Of a stretch of DNA of 64,000 bases, positions 25,953-37,354 are shown piece after piece. This stretch comes from Selaginella moellendorffii (Eukaryota; Plantae; Lycopodiophyta), in assembly GCF_000143415.4 (NCBI RefSeq), contig NW_003314301.1, forward strand, positions 530,336 to 594,335, in the 5' to 3' direction. The translations under genes were made by a program, and so were the position numbers. The notes beneath the pieces were generated by a model. That model had not been told where the DNA came from. It did no database searches and saw only the letters and a list, made by a program, of their open reading frames with translations. Position 1 is the first letter of the stretch. Every line of letters starts with the position of its first letter.

Positions 25953-26739
25953 ACCAGTCCAGTCTGTAGTTCCAGGCCGAGGACGTATCCTTGAATGTGT
26001 TCACCACGCAAACCTGGTGTCGAGCATTGGAGCGATAAGGATGGCAATCAAGGTGCCACACGCACACCACCGTCTCTACACAGGCTAGCGGCTAAAAGTC
26101 TCATGTATAAGCACGTGCAACACCCCTGCTCGGCCAGTGGGACTTCTTCTTGCTCAGCCATGGCACTGGCTAGTGCCATGAGACTTGCACTACAACTTCA
26201 CTTTTCTCTTGAGAACCTGCATCAATCCCGTAGCAATACTTTGGTGCCAGTGCCGCATTGGCAGCGCTATGACTATGCTGCCACATCCACACCATGGTGG
26301 CCCCATTCCCTTCATGAGCGTGTGGCACTGGCCAAGCAGGATCTAGCAAACAAGGCCGGGTCATTTTTTTTTTTCCTGTTTTTTTTTTTTTTGTTTCTTC
26401 AATATAGCCTAAAACATAACCTTTTTAAAGTATGGTGATCTTGAGCAAGTTCATCTCGTCAACGGCTAGAAAGTTGGTAGTGCCAGAGGGTACCATGGGG
26501 ATTTCAAACTAGCATATGAACCATGTAAAAAACCAATTGAGCTTGTAATTGTAATTAGAATGTCCAACAAAATCATAAAAGTGGCATATAATTTTTTTCC
26601 TATTTATGGCCACCACCAGGAGTATTTATTGTCCAATTTCTGCCTCTATAGCCTTTTTAGGACAGAGGCAATGCTATCTACTACAATGGCAGAAGCATGA
26701 CAAGTTTTTCTTATCTCCTTGATGCCAAAACAACAAAAC

Positions 26740-27095
26740 TCTCAACACAATCTTCTCTCCAATGAGTACTTGTAAACATGTATACTTGCAGTGACAGTAA
26801 TCATCTCGCGGAAGATCTTCTTGCTGGCTGTCCATGACAGCATCTTCTCAAACACCCAGCTCTTGTGTTTGTAACCCAAAGTTTTTATTGTTTCCATGGC
26901 ATACAAAAATCTAGGAGGCTCATATGGACAAAAGGATATGTTTTCACTCCAGGAATTCCAGAGCTGTGTGTGCCAAGGACAGACCATTGTGTTAGGGTGT
27001 CTCTTCCCAATGAGCTTGCAAAACCAACACTTGCAGTGCTGCCTTGCTAAGAATTATATCAATCAGCTCATCTGAATGGAGTTCTTGACATTCAT
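26740..27095 (-). pseudogene. Unidentified ORF family, copy 2 (fragment)
   Basis: EPPRFLYAMETIKTLGYK..LSWTASKKIFREM aligns with EPPKFLYSMDTMKALGYK..LWTASEEIFRKM of copy 1. Confidence 0.65.
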
Positions 27096-28289
27096 GTCAA
27101 GCGCTACAACATATCCCACTCCAACTGGGATACGCAAAAAGAGGCTGGTAAATAGCACACTTTTGCTTTACCAACTTACATTGGAAAACATGCTTCAAAC
27201 CTTGGATGGTGATAGGTTTCTCATACTTGGTACAGATTCTGTTGGAATGCAAAGCTCAAAGTAGGGTTAATGATTTATTTTCTCCTCATCAAACCATTGT
27301 CCACCAAAACATCAATTATAACTTTCTTAGATGGAAACAACAATTCACCTCAATCTTCCTTCAGAGATAAAAGGAAATGGTAATGAGCCATTCTAGTGTG
27401 AGATAGTTGTAAAAACACTTGCTCTTTTGCTCTTTCTGATCCTAGTCAAAATTGAGGAATCTCACGTGATGGAGAAAATAGATATAAACAATCATTAGGG
27501 GAGGTTGGCACTTCAGCTAGAGTGACTTGAATTTAAGCTGGAGTCAGAGTAACTAGTGTTTGAGGAACAATTGGTTTTGTGGGAGTTTGATTCATTGAAT
27601 GCAATCCTTTATAGAACTGCAAACAACTTTTGGTTTATAATTGTGTTTGAACATACATGAAAAAAAACTTCGAAAAAGTAGACTGGACTTAATTGTGAAT
27701 ACTAATAAATACATCAAGATAAAAAGCCAAGTTTTTATGTAATCTCAAGAACCAAGCTTTGATTTTGACAAATGCAAGGATCTAAATTATTTTAGAAAAG
27801 TAAAAACAAACTTGGTTAAAATTTGATATCCTTTGATTTGTCTATGGGTCAATTTAAAAGTGGGGTTGTGTCACAAATGTAATTATGGGTATCAAAAGTT
27901 ATTTGTTGATAGTATTTTAGATATTCTTCTTTTACTACCACAATGACAAAAAATTAATACTACTCCTTTATCAATCTCCATTTAAATTAGTTGAAAAATT
28001 GATCTTCCATGAAGAACATATGAATATAATTCCTATATGTTATTAATTAAACATACTTAAACTGGTTAGAAAATCAAGTGAGACATTTATTGAGTAATGG
28101 ATTCCTTTACACATGTAAATTCTACTTTGTGGTTATCATAATAATTAACTATAAGGTATAATGTGAAAACCACATATAAATTCCTATAATAATTAATTAT
28201 AGGGTATACCCATCTTGTGAAGGAATATCCCATGGAAAACACTAAAACACTAATTTTCACTGGAAAATATTATATCATCTAATTTCAAT

Positions 28290-28389
28290 NNNNNNNNNNN
28301 NNNNNNNNNNNNNNNNNNNNNNNNNNNNNNNNNNNNNNNNNNNNNNNNNNNNNNNNNNNNNNNNNNNNNNNNNNNNNNNNNNNNNNNNN
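28290..28389. other. Assembly gap (100 N)
   Basis: Run of N. Confidence 1.
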
Positions 28390-28694
28390 AATAAACACCC
28401 TTGGAATCATCTTCTAAGAATATATCCAGATCCACATGTCTGCAACATTTTCATTGTATCCATGGTGCCCTCCAAAATCCAAAAAGCCTTCAAGCCATCA
28501 TCTTCCTGCTGAGCTTCTGAAAAACCCACACTTCCAACGGCCTTCACAAGAGTTTTGGGTGAAGGCTGGCCCATATGGCTGTCCAATACATATACAAACT
28601 TTTGCTTCATTGACTTCGGTGATCCCTGCGGCAGAAGGATCACCAGTGACGCACAGCAATGTCATTCGTGAGACTGAGCGCCAAGAATGTGATC

Positions 28695-29019
28695 CGGATC
28701 CTCCACTGCAAACATCTCCACTCTCATATTCTGGGACAAGCCAAGTAGTGTTCCTCTTTGCGCACTGCTCTCATAGAAAGATGATCAAGAGATGGTATGA
28801 TGAAGCATACTTAACTTGATCGCACAATTTCCATGACTAGCAGTTCTTCCGTTTCGTTTCAGCTGAAAGTAGTGTGCATTTCTTTCGATCAATCTAAAAC
28901 TTGCAAAGACTTTACCTGGACCAGGTGGCTGAAGAAAACGTCTATTTTAAATTGCAAAAAGCTTGATCCATGCCTCGCTGGTTCCCTGACACAACAAAGC
29001 CACTGTAATCAACCAATTG
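28695..29019 (-). pseudogene. Deleted remnant of the GGP-like glutamine amidotransferase
   Basis: Blocks match 30263-30750, e.g. caaacatctccactctc, tcagctgaaagt, tttacctgg, acaacaaagccactgtaatc. Confidence 0.75.
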
Positions 29020-29089
29020 GATCAAGTTTAATTTTAATATAGATATATTATTTTCCAATTTAATGATTTCTATTTTTGGCTAAAATTTT

Positions 29090-29941
29090 AAGGACCACTA
29101 CATGTTTCCTTCTCGAATAAATTGCAAAATGCGGCAAACAAGAGCGATGCCTTCTCTGAGCTCGTCCGTCTGTGAGGAATGGCTGGCATGCACTTTTGGT
29201 TGCTAGCTCAAACAGGTCTCTAACATTTTCTTGTGGCTCGCTGTCACTAAAATTCGTTTTTAACTATTGCTAGTTCTTCATCGTCCAATTTGATGAGGCC
29301 AAGAACATCTCTCCCAATATTTCTCCAAGGTAGCGGATAAGGTGCGCAGTTGGATTCACCCATGCCTTTACACCCTTTCTCAGGACAGAGGCAATGTTAT
29401 TGGGGTAACTTACTACAAAGGCACAATCCAAAGCAGCCTGATAAGCTTATTTTGGATCATCACATATCTCGATTGACAAACTGAGAGCCTTGTAAGAACT
29501 TCCTTCTCGTAAACATATGGTTTTTCAGCAACGTCTGGATGCTCGTCGATTATATCGCGGAAGATCTTCTGTCCACGATAGCACCTTCTCAAACACCCCA
29601 ATCCCACGTTTATAGCCCAAAGTTTTCATCGTGTCCATGGTGTCCAAAATCGTATCACAGACAAAATGATCTTTACAGTCAAAAGAAAATGCAATCGCTC
29701 GCGTGAAAGTCTCCTCATCACACGTCTCATCCAAAGATTCCAGCGCCTTGAATGCCAAGCGTTCGTCAAGAAGCCTTCGGACCATTGTGTTATTGCGCCT
29801 CTTCCCGCTCAGATTGTGAAAAATCAACGCGTCAAGCGGCAAGTCCGAGAAGAGTTGTGGACATTCTTCGTGGCGGCCAAGCCCATGGCACAGATGCCTG
29901 TCCAATTCCAGCTTTTCTACCACCACCCACGCACTTTGCAT
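29090..29941 (-). pseudogene. Unidentified ORF family, copy 3 (frameshifted, with deletions)
   Basis: MQSAWVVVEKLELDRHLCHGLG..ALESLDETCDEETFTRAIAF is collinear with copy 1 through to FCNL. Confidence 0.65.
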
Positions 29942-30028
29942 CTTTCCAGCCCTAACTCGACTTACCACCTTTGTATATATAATATATCGCATCTTAACCA
30001 GGTTTTACCACCTTTGACTTATAACTTC

Positions 30029-30995
30029 TTAATCCTTCAGGAAATTCTTGCAAAGCTCACTAAGCTGCTGCCTATCCTCTTTAGCCGCTTCTAGCGAAGC
30101 CTTTGCTTCATTGGCTTCAGTGATCTGTGAGGCAAATAGGATCAAATCCAAGTAAAGAAAAGCAACTTACCGAGAGAGCCTGCGAGGCACGACGCGATTC
30201 GATTATGTCGAGCAGCACATCCTTGGTGAACTCCGGGTGGCCTTGAATGCCAAGAATGTGATCCTCCACCGCAAACATCTCCACTCTCGTGTTCTGGGAC
30301 GAGCCAAGCAGTGTTCCTCCCGGCGGCAGCTCAAGAACCTTGGATTCAAATAGATGATCGATCCAGGCAAGAGATGATAACGAATCACACTTACTTGATC
30401 GCGATGGCTTTGCAGGACTCGCAGTCTCTTCGGGATGTTCCTTCCATATCGCTTCAGCTGAAAGTGGTCGTTAGTGTACATTTCTTTCAAGCCAACTTCC
30501 CATCCCACGGGAGCTCTTCCAGTCACTCCTCCAAGCGCGCGGCTCAAAACCTTGAAAGAAACAACCAAAGCTCGCGACCGATCATAAACTTGCAAATGCT
30601 TTTACCTGGTGGCCGAAGCAAACGCCGAGAATTCTCTTTTTCTCTTCGTGTAGATCGCAAAGAACTCCACAGAGCTGCGTGATCCATGCCTCGTTCCCGT
30701 GCGCATCGTGCGCGCTCCCAGACACAACAAAGCCACTGTAATCAGCCAATTGTTCCTCGCTGGGGAAAATCCCATCCACAATGCGGAAAGTCTCCCATGT
30801 CTCACCAGGATGGCTCAAGAGCTTGACGAGCAGCGCTCCATAGCCGCCGTGCTTGCGCTCTGTGTAATCCGTGCCATAGCCAGCCACAAACACCGCGAAT
30901 TTCTTGCCAGGAGCTCCCGCGGTGGCCGCCGCCGCCGCCACCGCTCCAGGGTGGAAGCTAGACGCGGCGGGAGAGACGAGCAGCCCCAAAACCAT
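30029..30995 (-). CDS. Class I glutamine amidotransferase / gamma-glutamyl peptidase-like
   Basis: Four exons. Catalytic triad motifs GVCFGHQ and QGHPEF; also SGSAHDAHG and SHRDQV. Confidence 0.9.
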
Positions 30996-31085
30996 GCTAG
31001 GGCTCTTCTACAAAAATGCCAGGTCATCAAACTTTAAGCCACGTCATTCAGCTATTTTGCCACATATATATACATATTATATATG

Positions 31086-31518
31086 CTATTTTCCAACGCA
31101 GTTCCCACAGTTACCAGTTTTGAGGCAATCCGGATCATTTGCATAGCAGCCGTCACAAATACAGAAATCTAAATACAGCAGAATTTTATCTTTTAATACC
31201 TCGGTTCTAGCAAATACCCTACTGAATCAAAGTGGCCAGAGGTTATTTACAAGCCCAATTGGATCTTGGGAGTTCCCACAGTAACCAATTTCGAGGCAAT
31301 CTGGATCATTTGCATAGCAGCCGTCACAAATGCAGTATTTATTGAATATTTTGTCATTGGTGTTATTGCAGTTGTGTTGAGGATGAATTTTAAAGGATTC
31401 TGAAACACCACATAAGAAATCTAGAATTTTATCTTTTCTTACCTTGAGTTCCAGTTCCATTGCTGCTAATTAGCAAGCAAAACAGTAGAACACAAACTAG
31501 AGTCCATGCCTTTGCCAT
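31086..31518 (-). CDS. Secreted Cys-rich peptide with two alternative or duplicated mature-domain exons
   Basis: Exon 1 (31518-31443) encodes signal peptide MAKAWTLVCVLLFCLLISS. Exon 2a (31399-31227) has CICDGCYANDPDCLEIGYCG. Exon 2b (31168-31086) has FCICDGCYANDPDCLKTGNCGNCVGK*. Confidence 0.7.
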
Positions 31519-31988
31519 CTTTGCTTCTTCCTTTTCTTCTGAGCAAATTGTGAGAAAGTGGTGCCATTTCATTCATGTATGTGATTTCCTGGGTTGCATC
31601 TGTGGGCACACTGATTTGTGATACCTTTCGAAAGTTGCTGAGTGGTTCTCGAGTTTTCCAAAGATGCTCAGTTTTGGCATATTAAATTTTAAGAGAAATT
31701 GCCTGCTCTACTCAATGGTTTGACTTATCTATTTAATATGTATATGATTTAATTAGTAACTATACATTTATAATTTTATTTTAAATGTATACATACGGAT
31801 TTCGATACAAATAATCTAAAATGTTACGATTTAACTTTATAAACAGTAATTATGCTAAAACTTAAAACCAGCTACAACTCCTTGCGTTTTGAAATGGACA
31901 AAACGTATGTGCTTTGTGAACTCAGCCCTGGCGCTTGTCCTTAATTACAAACATAAATATAACTCTTCAGTCCTTTCACATAAAAGCC

Positions 31989-32249
31989 ATGGCCAAGGTA
32001 TCACTTGTAATTTGTGTTTTACTCGTTTGCTTGCTGGTAAGCAGCAGCGCATCTGATCAAGGTAAGGAATGGAACATCTACTCTATCATAATATTTCCTG
32101 TCTCCATATTTTTAATCTGTGAACTAGACATGGACTCTCGTGAGATTGATCCTCAACACCACGATCATTGTATTTGTGATGGCTGCTGGGCTGGAGAAAC
32201 CGCTTGCGAGGTCAAGGGCGTGTGTGGCGAATGCGTTGGAAAAAAATAA
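31989..32249 (+). CDS. Secreted Cys-rich peptide, divergently transcribed paralog
   Basis: Signal peptide MAKVSLVICVLLVCLLVSSSAS, phase-1 intron 32062-32127, then IDPQHHDHCICDGCWAGETACEVKGVCGECVGKK*. Confidence 0.8.
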   Translation: MAKVSLVICVLLVCLLVSSSASDQGKEWNIYSIIIFPVSIFLICELDMDSREIDPQHHDHCICDGCWAGETACEVKGVCGECVGKK

Positions 32250-32775
32250 TCAAGCTTTTTAAACTGCTAATGTTATAGCAAACCAAAAGTCAATGTAATA
32301 TCAAATCCATAGTTTCGATCTTTACCTGGAGAGAAACGCTCGAGAAGTCGCTAGACAAAACAGAAAGAAGATAAACCTCAGCGAGAACTTTGAAAAGACT
32401 TTCCTGGAGGAACCGACTCTGCCTCAAGTTGTAATTCTCGCCGCCTTCGTAGAAGCCAGTTGCGATGCATTTGTCTCCCGACAGACCAAGCGCACGCACG
32501 AGAGAGAGAGAGAGCCTGTAAGAAACTACGCCCCGCGAGCTGTAAGTAAGCTGGACCACATAAGCGATAGACATGAGAAGAATTTGATAAACTTACTTGT
32601 GTTGGCGCTCGACTAGACAAGTATGCCGACCTTCCACATAAAAAACCTTTGCACGAAGCAGCGTTGTCTCCTCACCGTGTTGAGTTGCCGCGCTATAAAT
32701 TGCTCGCTTCGAAAGGTACTGGATACTTCTCTTTCTTCTCTCTGCCTTGAAGTTGTGGAATCGAGAGCTTCAGCT

Positions 32776-33075
32776 ATGGCTAGAATTCCTGCTGGCTGCT
32801 TCTTCCTGATGGTAGTGCTGCTTCTCCAGATGCTCGCCGGTGCTCGATCGGCTTGTAACCAGGCTGAAATCTACGAGAAGTGTGTCCCCTGTGTCAAGTT
32901 TGGGTCCGTCATGGAGAAGCCCGACGTCAACTGTTGCAACGCCGCCAAAACGATGACTCCCGACTGCTTCTGCAGCATGCTGATTGCCACCAAAGGACGA
33001 CGAGCAAATTCGGTGATGAAGTCTTACGTTTCCAGCTGCAAGTTTCGCGTTGCTCCAGGCTTCAAATGCTACTAA
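32776..33075 (+). CDS. nsLTP / prolamin-superfamily 8-cysteine protein
   Basis: Signal peptide followed by C..C..CC..CxC..C..C (NCCN, DCFCS, SCKFRVAPGFKC), plus one extra Cys. Confidence 0.75.
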   Translation: MARIPAGCFFLMVVLLLQMLAGARSACNQAEIYEKCVPCVKFGSVMEKPDVNCCNAAKTMTPDCFCSMLIATKGRRANSVMKSYVSSCKFRVAPGFKCY

Positions 33076-33196
33076 GTAGAGGTCTTCCTTCCTTCTTGAT
33101 GTCTCTTTTTTTTTTCCATGTTCCTGTACATGTTGTCAGTGCTCTCTACTCTTGAACAAAGCAATAGAAAGTAAATATCTTACCTGAATGATCGAT

Positions 33197-36100
33197 CTAT
33201 CTCTCCATCATGTCGTCTGACGGCAGGCTGACTTTCTCGCTCTGTTGATCCGTCTTGTCGGTTAAGAGGAGAAGCTGCTTGGACTCCTCCTCCTCTCTGA
33301 GCAAGCTTTCTTGCAGGAGCTCGAGAAAAGCCACGACTTTACCCATGGAAGGACGTCTTGAAGGCCAATCGGAGGTGCAGTGAAGCGCCAGTTGCATCAT
33401 TTGCACTAGAACTGGTCCCGAAGAGGGGCTCAAAGACACGAGCTCGCTGTCGAAAGTTTCCATGCCTTTGCCTTGCTGGTTCATAGCTTTCACCCATGTA
33501 GTCACGCTTACAATCTCTCCCAGGTTCCCCAAGACGAGTGGCTTTCTTCCCGTGAGCAGCTCCAGGAGAACGATGCCAAAGCTATACACGTCTGTTTTCT
33601 CCGAGAGTCTGCACGTCGAAACCACCTCCGGGGCGATATATCCCAAAGTTCCGGCTATGCCTGTCGTGAGATGAGTGGCATTGTTCTCGACGAGCCTCGC
33701 CAGTCCAAAGTCGGCGATGTGAGGCTCCATGTCCGAGTCTAGTAAAATGTTGCTCGACTTCACGTCCCGGTGGATGATTCTAGGCGAGCAGCCTTCGTGC
33801 AAGTAGAGTAGGCCTCGAGCAGTCCCCACAGCAATTCTAAGACGAGCCATCCAGCTTAACAACGTTGATGGAGAGGCAGAGGCGACACCACCACCGTGGA
33901 GCACGTCGTGCAAACTTCCACATGGCATGTAGTCGTAAAACAGGAGTTTTTCCTGAGCGCTGCAGTAGAACCCCTTGAGCGACATCAGGTTCCTGTGCTT
34001 GATGAGACCAAGAGTGCTTATCTCCGCTTCAAAAGATGGATCATTCGCAACGTTCTCGTTTCGCAGCCGCTTCACTGCCAAGTGCGAGCCATCGGGTAAA
34101 ACTGCATCGTAGACGGCTCCAAAGCCGCCCTTTCCCAGCAAGTGGGAATCGTCAAAACCGCCTGTTGCAGCAACGATGTCGTCGTAGTCGCAAACAAAGT
34201 TGTTGACGAACACCACCATCTTGCCGGGAACATTTTCTGACGGATCATACGTGACTTGAACTGGACGCAAATGGAACCACTTGGCCAGCAAAACAACGAA
34301 GACCAGCACCGCCAACACTGCCACAGCCGGCCCGAGTACTGTAAGCCATTTCTTCCAGTTGTGAAAGTCTGCAAGCGTGTTAGCAGCCTCCCCTGTTGGA
34401 TCTGCTGCTGAACACCTCGGGAAAGGGAGCGGAGGACCGCAGAGCCCGGTGTTTCTAGTAAAAGAATCCGCCTGGAACCTCAAGAAACTTCCGAGTCTCG
34501 GTATCTCCCCAACAAGCCCGTTGCTCGAGAGGTTGAGGAGCATCAAACTAGAGCAGTTGCAAAGAGTTGGCGGAATTGTACCAGTGAAGTTGTTCTTGTC
34601 CAGCAGCAGCACCCTTAAGAACAATAGAGAGCCAAGACTCGAAGGTATGTTGTCGGACAGTCGGTTAGAGCTCAGGACAAGCTCGCGAAGGTCACGTATC
34701 GCACCGACTCTGGCAGGAATGCTACCGGAAAGCATGTTTCCTTCCAAGTTCAGCACCTGTAGTTGAGCTAGCGAGTCCAAAGTTGGAGGTATGACTCCCG
34801 TCAGCTTGTTGTGGGCCATGCTTGCGAATTGGAGAATAGGAAGTGTTGTCAACTCCGTCGGAATCGAGCCTTTGAGAGCGTTATCGTTGAGAGCCAGGGA
34901 TAGAAGGCTCTTGCAGAGCCCGATTTGCGGTGGAATCTTGCCTGTCAACCCGTTGAAGCTCATGTCTAACGTTTGAAGGTGCGTCAACAGGCCGAAACTT
35001 TCTGGTATGGTGCCTGTCAACCTGTTGTGTCCCAGCCGGATAGCAATTAAGCCCGAGCAGTTCCCCAAACTCGACGGTACTTTGCCTTCAAGTTGGTTGT
35101 TTTCCAAAACCAGAGAAGCCAGGAACGAAAGGCTACCGAGCTCCTCTGGAACAGTGCCCGTCAGGAGATTATCCGCAAGGTTGAGCACCGTCAAGAGCGA
35201 GCAGTTCCCAAGCTCGGGTGGAACAGGGCCAGAAAGATAATTTCCGCTCAAGTCCATGGCCGACTGGTCCGAAACAAAGTGGACGTGCTCTGGAAGGCTG
35301 GAGTAGAGAGGAAACTGCAGCAGACCGAGTTCTGGTGGGATTGCACCGCTTAAAGAATTGTTGTTGAGGAGAAGCTGCGACAGCCCGGTTAGAGAGCTCA
35401 GTTCTCGAGGAATTGTACTTGTGAGGTTGTTGTTTCCCAGGTTTAAAAACCGCAGCGACCGGAGCTGTCCAAGCTCCGGAGGAATACTTCCTTGAAGCTT
35501 GTTTTGCTGAAGAAAGAGTGCCTGCAAGTTTGGGAGGAAGCCGAGCTGCTTTGGAATGGAGCCCGTCAACTCGTTGAAATCGAGGTCCACCTGAGTGAGC
35601 ATTTTGAGGTGCTCGAGGTCCGCTGGAATGTGTCCACTCAAGCTGTTGTTAGGAAGGTACATGAGCCGTAGCGAAAAGAGGAGGCCAACCTCGTATGGAA
35701 TTGCTCCAGAAAGCCGATTGTATCCCAGTGACAGTACCTCCAAGCGAGAGAGAAGAGAAATATCTGGAGGGATCGGGCCGGACAGATTGTTGAACTGCAA
35801 GTCGAGATGAACCAACGACGTCATGTTCCCGAGCTCTGGAGGAATGCCGCCCGAGAGCTGGTTGGAGCTAAGTTCCAGAATCTCCAAGCTCTGTAAGTTT
35901 CCAATCTCTGGAGGGATCGGACCCTGGAGATTGTTGGAGAAGAGCCTGATAGCCGGAGGCCCGTTGAAGTACGCGTTGGTCGGATTCGAGGAGCAATACT
36001 TTTGAAGACAAGGCAGAAGGCCAATCTCGGGTGGTATCAATCCCGACAAATTGTTAGAGTCGAGGTAGAGCACGCGTAGCACCGGAAACGATCCAATCGC

Positions 36101-37004
36101 AGGAGGGATGGAACCCGAGAGACTGTTCTCCGACAGCACCAGAGCTTCCAAGTTGGTCAGGTTGGCGAGTGTTTCAGGGATGCTACCTGTGAGCTCGTTG
36201 GAGAAGAGTAGAAGAACTGCCAGCTTCTTGAGCCTGCCTAGCTCCGGTGGTATCGGTCCAGTGAGATAGTTGCTGTGGAGGTAGAGTGCCTCCAGGGCCG
36301 TTAAGTCGCAGAGCTCGGCTGGAATCTTTCCAACAAGCTGGTTTTGCTGGAGATAGAGCACTGTAAGCTGTGTCAAGTTCCCAATCTCTGGAGGAATAAC
36401 ACCAGTGAGGCTGTTGTTTGCAAGTGAGAGTGCCTAGAAGATGGCAAAGTCAGAACAAACTCCAAAGAATAGAGAGAACTTTTTTATTCTTCTTGAATGA
36501 AAACCATACCTTGAGCTTTTGAAGAGATCCAAGCTCCACTGGAATCGTTCCCCACAGGAGATTACTCGAGAGATCGAGCGATACCAAGTTTTGGAGAATG
36601 CTGAGCTCCACTGGGATTCTCCCCGAAAGCCTGTTCCCGGGAAGAGCTAGCTTCTCGAGCTTGGAGAGAGAGCCAATATCACCCACCAGGAAGCCACCAT
36701 CGAGAGAAGCCTTTGGCAGCACGATCGACACGACTTGGACGAGGCCAGTGGAGTTGTCCCGGTGGCATTTGATCCCCACCCAGCCCTGCGCGCCGCAGGG
36801 CGTCCCCTTGGATGGATCCCAGCTCACCAGATGCTCGGCCATGTCGTTCCAGGCGGATTTGAGCGCCAGTAGCGCCCACGTCTCCTCCTCCACCTCGAAG
36901 CTCTTGATCGGGTCGGCATTCTCGTCCACAATCTCGCTCCCTGCAGCGCATATCACGAATCCCAGGGTTAGAATCGCGATGAAAGGCGCCAGATCGCTAG
37001 TCAT
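33197..37004 (-). CDS. LRR receptor-like kinase (long LRR ectodomain, TM helix, RD kinase; LRR-X/EMS1-like tentative)
   Basis: Signal peptide, PC..WVGIKC cap, more than 25 LxxLxLxxNxLxGxIP repeats, GLCGPPL cap, [31 protein letters not shown]. One intron at 36434-36509. Confidence 0.93.
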
Positions 37005-37354
37005 TGCGAGCGCAAGATCAATCTATCGATCGATCACACCGCGAGAAATATTTTCACATTTCTCGCGATCTCGACGATGATTCCTAGCTCCCAGCCGGAT
37101 AAAACCAGCGATCGATCAAGAACGCGAAATATTTTCACACATTCCGCTGTCCTCGATCTATCTGCGATGATTTCTAGCTCCCAGCCGGGGGATCACTCAC
37201 CTCGTTATCAAGCGCGTCGCAGAATCCGGAGAATGGGAAGAGCGTGGCGCCAGCATTCCACGATCTTTTTCCTTGCTCTCCCAAGAACCCTAGTTCTTCC
37301 ATTCTAAACAGAGAACTTTATAGTTTTACATTGGTCTTTTCTCTGTCTTATTTT

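Noticed and set aside
24560-28250. Possible retroelement debris around the ORF family copies
   Set aside because: No RT, integrase, gag or terminal motif could be read with confidence.
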